From NCBI GenBank assembly GCA_051294905.1, contig CM119380.1:3596001-3660000 (forward strand): a stretch of DNA of 64,000 bases. Reading direction: 5' to 3'. This DNA comes from Botryllus schlosseri. Its lineage: Eukaryota. Position numbers and translations under genes: made by a program. The notes under the pieces are model-generated. The model was not told the origin of the DNA. It ran no database searches and worked only from the letters and a program-made list of their open reading frames with translations. Within the stretch, counting starts at the first letter, position 1, and every line of letters begins with the position of its first letter. Of the stretch, positions 58,805-64,000 are shown in pieces.

Positions 58805-61800
58805 TCAGTAATGAAATCTGTCCGGCGCCTTTCTGATACGAGTTGTGCGTCTCAACGGCACCTCAGGGGGTTCAGATGCCGGCAGTTCTTCAGCAGTTTC
58901 GACGTTCGACCCGCTGCTCGTCTCCATCTCGGGAGTCGACTCCTCGACATTGATATCATCAGTAGCGTCATCATCAGCGCCAACACTCGTAGTTTCAATA
59001 GGAGTTGTATCGACGGCCTCCGACTCTGACGGGTATCGAGCCAAATCTTTATTCGATACGGTTGTTTGTCGCCCATCTGGATATTGGATCAACGAGTATT
59101 GAGGGTTGGCTTCGATGAGGTCAACCGGCTCGCAGATAGGTTCATCTTTTCGTCGGACATGGCGTCGCATTAGCACAGTTCCACCGTCCAAGAGCCAATC
59201 AGGCATAGATGTGCCCATGCTTGATTTACGAGGAAACTTGAATAACCTGGAATGCGGAGTCTCGTTAGTAGCGGTACATAACAACGAACGAATTGAGTGT
59301 AATGCATCGGGAAGTACTTTCTCCCAACTGCTTTCGGGCAGCCCGCGAGAAGCAAGCATGAGCTTGATTGTACGCCAGATTGTCTGGTTTACGCGCTCGC
59401 ATTGGGAGTTACCAGTCGGGTGGTATGGTGTGGTTCGACTCGTCGCGATCCCTTTCTCCTTCAGAAATTGTGACACTTCGTTGCCAATGAAAGACTGAGA
59501 TCGGTCACTGTGGACGTATTCGGGAAGTCCCATGATGCTGAACAGCGACACAAATTGTGAAATTACGGTTGACGCTCGCATATCAGAACAAGGAAATACA
59601 AAAGGAAAACGACTATACTCATCAACCATGATGAGAAGGTACCGCCTTTTCCCGTCCACAGGTCCCTTGAAATCCACGCTCAATCTTTCCCAAGGTCTGG
59701 TGGCTTTGATCAACGGCGTGGCCGGAGGTTTGTAGAATTTCGGCTTTATCTGAGCGCACTCTTTACAGCGGTTGCATTGTCTCTTCACTTCTTCGACTGA
59801 AAAAGGAAGATTTTTCGAACGTACGAAATGCATTAATCTGCGAATCCCAGGGTGACCCAAAGAGACGTGAAGTTCTTCCAAACTCAGACCATAATCACTA
59901 GTGGCCAAACATAGTCTGGTGAAGGCATCAGCTGCTGCATTTTCCAAACCTGGTCTATGTTCGATATCGTAGGTATATTCACTCAACTCCAATCGCCACA
60001 AAGCCAACTTGGTGTTTTTGATCTTACTTTTGTGCTGCTGGTCAAATATAAATGAAAGAGCTTGTTGGTCGGTTATTATTTTGAATCGTCTACCGTGTAG
60101 TAAATAACCCCATTTTCTCACCGCCCCGATAATAGCACACGCTTCTTTTTCCACGGCCGGATACTTCGCCTCGGACTTGGTGAGAGTTCGTGAAAGGAAG
60201 GCTACCGGTCTTCCACGCTGGCTCAGGATAGCAGCTATGGTGGTATCAGAAGCATCGGTCTCGACGGAGAATGGTTCTTCGTCCAAAATGCAACCTAAAC
60301 AAGCGCGACGGAGACAGCTCTTCAACTTATCGAAGGCTTCGACAGCCAATCCTTCAAGAGGAAAATTTTCGTTATGGAACAAAGGTTTCGCAAGCTCGGA
60401 AAATCTCGGAATCCATTTAGAATAGTAGGCAAAGAGGCCTAGGCAGCTCTTTAAAGTTTTGGCACTCTTCGGAGGAGACAGTTCCATTAGCGGCTTCAAA
60501 TGCTCAGGGTCAGGCATGATCTCACCTTTTCTTATTCGATGTCCAAGGAGCTTCAACTCTTCTACAGAGAATGTCGATTTCTCGGAGTTGATCGTCAGAT
60601 TGGCGGACTTAGCTGCTGACATGAAGGACTTCAAACGTTCGTCGTGTTCCTTCTGATCCTTGCCGTAGATGGTAATGTCGTCCAAATATGCGACTGCTCC
60701 TTCAAGTGCATTCTTTTCGATGAACGAATCGATAAATCTCTGAAAAGCACTAACCCCGTTAGTGACGCCAAAGGGCAACCTACGAAACTGATAAAGTGAC
60801 CCGCAGGCCTCGAACGCAGTGAATGGTCTGTCAGCTCGTTCCAACGGAACCTGATGGTATGCCGACTTCAAGTCGATAGAGCTGAACACTTTGCCTTTAG
60901 CGACCTCGTTCACGACATCTGCAATCTTCGGCAATGGGTACGCATCGAGAAAGGTAAATTGATTAATTGTTTGAGAATAATCAATGACAAGGCGTTGCTT
61001 TTGACGTCGTCCACCAGTGACTAGCACCTGTGCTCTCCACGGGGAGTTGGAATCCTCGATTATCCTTTCATTTTTCAATCGAGATATCTCTTTCTTGATG
61101 AACTCCCGATCCGGAGCACTATACGATCTAGATGGAGTTGCGATAGGTTTACACGACCCCTCGAGAAATTGAAATATTCTGGGTGGGGTGCCCACTTTTG
61201 CTGCAGTCAAGTTGCAAGTAGGTTCTTCGTCTCGTCCAGGAATAACAAGGGGATTCAAGGGTCCCCCTAATTCAAATATAACTTTACGGTGCTTTTTCAT
61301 AAATGATTGGCCCAAGACCACATCAGCGCATAAGTACTCGATAACACCGAACACCACATCGGAATACTTCCGCCCGCTCAGCTCAAACGACAGATATAAC
61401 ATTCCGTGAACAGTTGATCGCTTTCCTTTATCTGCTAACTTGATGCTCTTTTTTTTACCAAACCATTTGAGTTTCAGCTCCCGCGCTATCTCAAGACTCA
61501 AATAATTGTCTGATGCTCCGCTATCCAACAATCCATCAATCTTCTTCCGCTTAATAGCAACGATCACTGCCGCTTTCGAAAGTGAGGAAGGAATTGAAGC
61601 AATCATGGCTGCTAACTCATCGGACTCTTCGTCGGATTGAACAGAATTCAAGCACATCTTGTCAAAGTGCCCTTTTACGCCACAGTTGAAACAGACAGCA
61701 TTCCTTGCTGGACATTTCCAGACCCGCCCGTGTCGGTTTCCACAACTAGAACATTTCTTTGCTTTCGACACGGGGTTGCTGTTCCCACTTCTCCGCGAGA

Positions 61801-62515
61801 CGGCTAAAGAATGTCCATCAGAATCCTCTTGGTATCGTGACTGCGACTTGGAGGGTGTGGCCTGACTAACCTTCAGGCCTTCATCGGCTTCGATGGAAGC
61901 TGCCGCCTGAGGATTCATGTATATCGCCGAACACTTCTGCGCTCTCTCCAGTGAATCTGCAACCTGAACAGCTTTATCAAGAGTCAGCTGATCAAATTCC
62001 AGCAAACGCAATCGTATCGCATTGGACGACAAGCCAGCAATTAACGCATCTCTGATAGATTGCTTACGGTGATCCTCAGCTGACACGGCCTCGAACCTGC
62101 AATTCTTCGCAAGTGACAACAGCCTTTGTGAAAACTCCATGACGTTTTCTCCTGGCTGTTGAGTGCTCGTGGAGAGCGTATGTCGAGCATATATGATATT
62201 TCTCTTCACCAAATACAGTCCCTCTAGGACTTCGATCGCTTTTTCAAAATTTTCGGCGTCGCACACATACGAGTAAACTTCGGGAGCTAGATAACCATTC
62301 ATTATTCCTCGCTTGTCCAACTGTGGGGGCGGACCTTGCTCAGAGCCGGGCGTAGACGAGGTTGACGCAAAAGACTGACGACGGCGATCGTCCGCGGCTT
62401 TGATAAAACTAACAAGCATATCTTTCCAATGCTTGAACACCAGTTCAGCTCCCGGAGCACTCGGCAAAACTTTGAGAGTAGGAACATGATACAATCTCTC
62501 TTCGGCAGACGCCAT
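58805..62515 (-). CDS. Single-ORF Gag-Pol (1236 aa), second full copy
   Basis: Differs from 52919-56629 at three or more residues (FPF/FPL, VLP/VFP, RST/RTT). Confidence 0.95.
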   Translation of the reverse strand: MASAEERLYHVPTLKVLPSAPGAELVFKHWKDMLVSFIKAADDRRRQSFASTSSTPGSEQGPPPQLDKRGIMNGYLAPEVYSYVCDAENFEKAIEVLEGLYLVKRNIIYARHTLSTSTQQPGENVMEFSQRLLSLAKNCRFEAVSAEDHRKQSIRDALIAGLSSNAIRLRLLEFDQLTLDKAVQVADSLERAQKCSAIYMNPQAAASIEADEGLKVSQATPSKSQSRYQEDSDGHSLAVSRRSGNSNPVSKAKKCSSCGNRHGRVWKCPARNAVCFNCGVKGHFDKMCLNSVQSDEESDELAAMIASIPSSLSKAAVIVAIKRKKIDGLLDSGASDNYLSLEIARELKLKWFGKKKSIKLADKGKRSTVHGMLYLSFELSGRKYSDVVFGVIEYLCADVVLGQSFMKKHRKVIFELGGPLNPLVIPGRDEEPTCNLTAAKVGTPPRIFQFLEGSCKPIATPSRSYSAPDREFIKKEISRLKNERIIEDSNSPWRAQVLVTGGRRQKQRLVIDYSQTINQFTFLDAYPLPKIADVVNEVAKGKVFSSIDLKSAYHQVPLERADRPFTAFEACGSLYQFRRLPFGVTNGVSAFQRFIDSFIEKNALEGAVAYLDDITIYGKDQKEHDERLKSFMSAAKSANLTINSEKSTFSVEELKLLGHRIRKGEIMPDPEHLKPLMELSPPKSAKTLKSCLGLFAYYSKWIPRFSELAKPLFHNENFPLEGLAVEAFDKLKSCLRRACLGCILDEEPFSVETDASDTTIAAILSQRGRPVAFLSRTLTKSEAKYPAVEKEACAIIGAVRKWGYLLHGRRFKIITDQQALSFIFDQQHKSKIKNTKLALWRLELSEYTYDIEHRPGLENAAADAFTRLCLATSDYGLSLEELHVSLGHPGIRRLMHFVRSKNLPFSVEEVKRQCNRCKECAQIKPKFYKPPATPLIKATRPWERLSVDFKGPVDGKRRYLLIMVDEYSRFPFVFPCSDMRASTVISQFVSLFSIMGLPEYVHSDRSQSFIGNEVSQFLKEKGIATSRTTPYHPTGNSQCERVNQTIWRTIKLMLASRGLPESSWEKVLPDALHSIRSLLCTATNETPHSRLFKFPRKSSMGTSMPDWLLDGGTVLMRRHVRRKDEPICEPVDLIEANPQYSLIQYPDGRQTTVSNKDLARYPSESEAVDTTPIETTSVGADDDATDDINVEESTPEMETSSGSNVETAEELPASEPPEVPLRRTTRIRKAPDRFHY

Positions 62516-62528
62516 CCGTTTGTTACGT

Positions 62529-64000
62529 CTATACGCTCAGTCGGGACTTGTTAATAAAATTGTGATGAACCAGACCAATGAACGTATGGTAGGCTTTTAT
62601 TAACAATATCCCGACTAGCGCCGACACCATAAACTGATAAAGTGACCCGCAGGCCTCGAATGCAGTGAATGGTCTGTCAGCTCGTTCCAACGGAACCTGA
62701 TGGTATGCCGACTTCAAGTCGATAGAGCTGAACACTTTGCCTTTAGCGACCTCGTTCACGACATCTGCAATCTTCGGCAATGGGTACGCATCGAGAAAGG
62801 TAAATTGATTAATTGTTTGAGAATAATCAATGACAAGGCGTTGCTTTTGACGTCGTCCACCAGTGACTAGCACCTGTGCTCTCCACGGGGAGTTGGAATC
62901 CTCGATTATCCTTTCATTTTTCAATCGAGATATCTCTTTCTTGATGAACTCCCGATCCGGAGCACTATACGATCTAGATGGAGTTGCGATAGGTTTACAC
63001 GACCCATCGAGAAATTGAAATATTCTGGGCGGGGTGCCCACTTTTGCTGCAGTCAAGTTGCAAGTAGGTTCTTCGTCTCGTCCAGGAATAACAAGGGGAT
63101 TCAAGGGTCCCCCTAATTCAAATATAACTTTACGGTGCTTTTTCATAAATGTTTGGCCCAAGACCACATCAGCGCATAAGTACTCGATAACACCGAACAC
63201 CACATCGGAATACTTCCGCCCGCTCAGCTCAAACGACAGATATAACATTCCGTGAACAGTTGATCGCTTTCCTTTATCTGCTAACTTGATGCTCTTCTTT
63301 TTACCAAACCATTTGAGTTTCAGCTCCCGCGCTATCTCAAGACTCAAATAATTGTCTGATGCTCCGCTATCCAACAATCCATCAATCTTCTTCCGCTTAA
63401 TAGCAACGATCACTGCCGCTTTCGAAAGTGAGGAAGGAATTGAAGCAATCATGGCTGCTAACTCATCGGACTCTTCGTCGGATTGAACAGAATTCAAGCA
63501 CATCTTGTCAAAGTGCCCTTTTACGCCACAGTTGAAACAGACAGCATTCCTTGCTGGACATTTCCAGACCCGCCCGTGTCGGTTTCCACAACTAGAACAT
63601 TTCTTTGCTTTCGACACGGGGTTGCTGTTCCCACTTCTCCGCGAGACGGCTAAAGAATGTCCATCAGAATCCTCTTGGTATCGTGACTGCGACTTGGAGG
63701 GTGTGGCCTGACTAACCTTCTGGCCTTCATCGGCTTCGATGGAAGCTGCCGCCTGAGGATTCATGTATATCGCCGAACACTTCTGCGCTCTCTCCAGTGA
63801 ATCTGCAACCTGAACAGCTTTATCAAGAGTCAGCTGATCAAATTCCAGCAAACGCAATCGTATCGCATTGGACGACAAGCCAGCAATTAACGCATCTCTG
63901 ATAGATTGCTTACGGTGATCCTCAGCTGACACGGCCTCGAACCTGCAATTCTTCGCAAGTGACAACAGCCTTTGTGAAAACTCCATGACGTTTTCTCCTG
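62529..64000 (-). CDS. Second truncated Gag-PR-RT' copy (5' end outside the window)
   Basis: Carries the same diagnostic residues as the first truncated copy (EGQK, GQTF, FLDG). Confidence 0.85.
   Translation of the reverse strand, partial: GENVMEFSQRLLSLAKNCRFEAVSAEDHRKQSIRDALIAGLSSNAIRLRLLEFDQLTLDKAVQVADSLERAQKCSAIYMNPQAAASIEADEGQKVSQATPSKSQSRYQEDSDGHSLAVSRRSGNSNPVSKAKKCSSCGNRHGRVWKCPARNAVCFNCGVKGHFDKMCLNSVQSDEESDELAAMIASIPSSLSKAAVIVAIKRKKIDGLLDSGASDNYLSLEIARELKLKWFGKKKSIKLADKGKRSTVHGMLYLSFELSGRKYSDVVFGVIEYLCADVVLGQTFMKKHRKVIFELGGPLNPLVIPGRDEEPTCNLTAAKVGTPPRIFQFLDGSCKPIATPSRSYSAPDREFIKKEISRLKNERIIEDSNSPWRAQVLVTGGRRQKQRLVIDYSQTINQFTFLDAYPLPKIADVVNEVAKGKVFSSIDLKSAYHQVPLERADRPFTAFEACGSLYQFMVSALVGILLIKAYHTFIGLVHHNFINKSRLSV
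62561..62635 (-). repeat. Partial LTR, second copy of the same deletion junction
   Basis: Same AGTTT junction as 56675-56749. Confidence 0.9.

Larger units (their letters stand above)
52635..64000 (-). mobile_element. Tandem array of a short-LTR Gypsy retrotransposon, 5,886-bp higher-order unit, continuing past the window
   Basis: Unit = LTR 201 + full internal 3839 + partial LTR 75 + truncated internal 1771. ORF offsets 58805-52919 and 62529-56643 both equal 5886. Confidence 0.95.

Overview
Eukaryotic (probably invertebrate) DNA made almost entirely of nested and decayed transposable elements. I see no confident intact host gene, rRNA or CRISPR. From left to right: tRNA-derived SINE pieces and a P-element relic. 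Next, a Kolobok-type DNA transposon (THAP/DDE transposase plus a convergent P2X7-C-terminus-like gene) sits in the TTAA of a SINE, and a 9.0-kb Gypsy/Ty3 LTR element interrupts its left TIR. That LTR element has apparently identical 624-bp LTRs, intact gag and pol, and a third ORF resembling a class III (herpes gB / rhabdovirus G-like) fusion glycoprotein, broken by one frameshift and one in-frame TAG. Then come an internally deleted P element with long TIRs, a Penelope GIY-YIG fragment, a Helitron-like PIF1 remnant followed by modular repeat-plus-cargo units, nested hAT MITEs with 8-bp TSDs, a Polinton/adintovirus major-capsid relic, a near-full-length R2-type retrotransposon with no rDNA around it, BEL/Pao and LINE ORF1 fragments, a 1.3-kb direct repeat, and a decayed Zisupton/KDZ-like gene (SAP, Ulp1 protease, PHD-like). 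The last 11.4 kb is a 5,886-bp higher-order tandem array of a short-LTR Gypsy element in which full and identically deleted copies alternate. It has no tRNA PBS; the sequence at the PBS position pairs with its own LTR, suggesting self-priming. All family assignments come from motif recognition by eye, not database searches.
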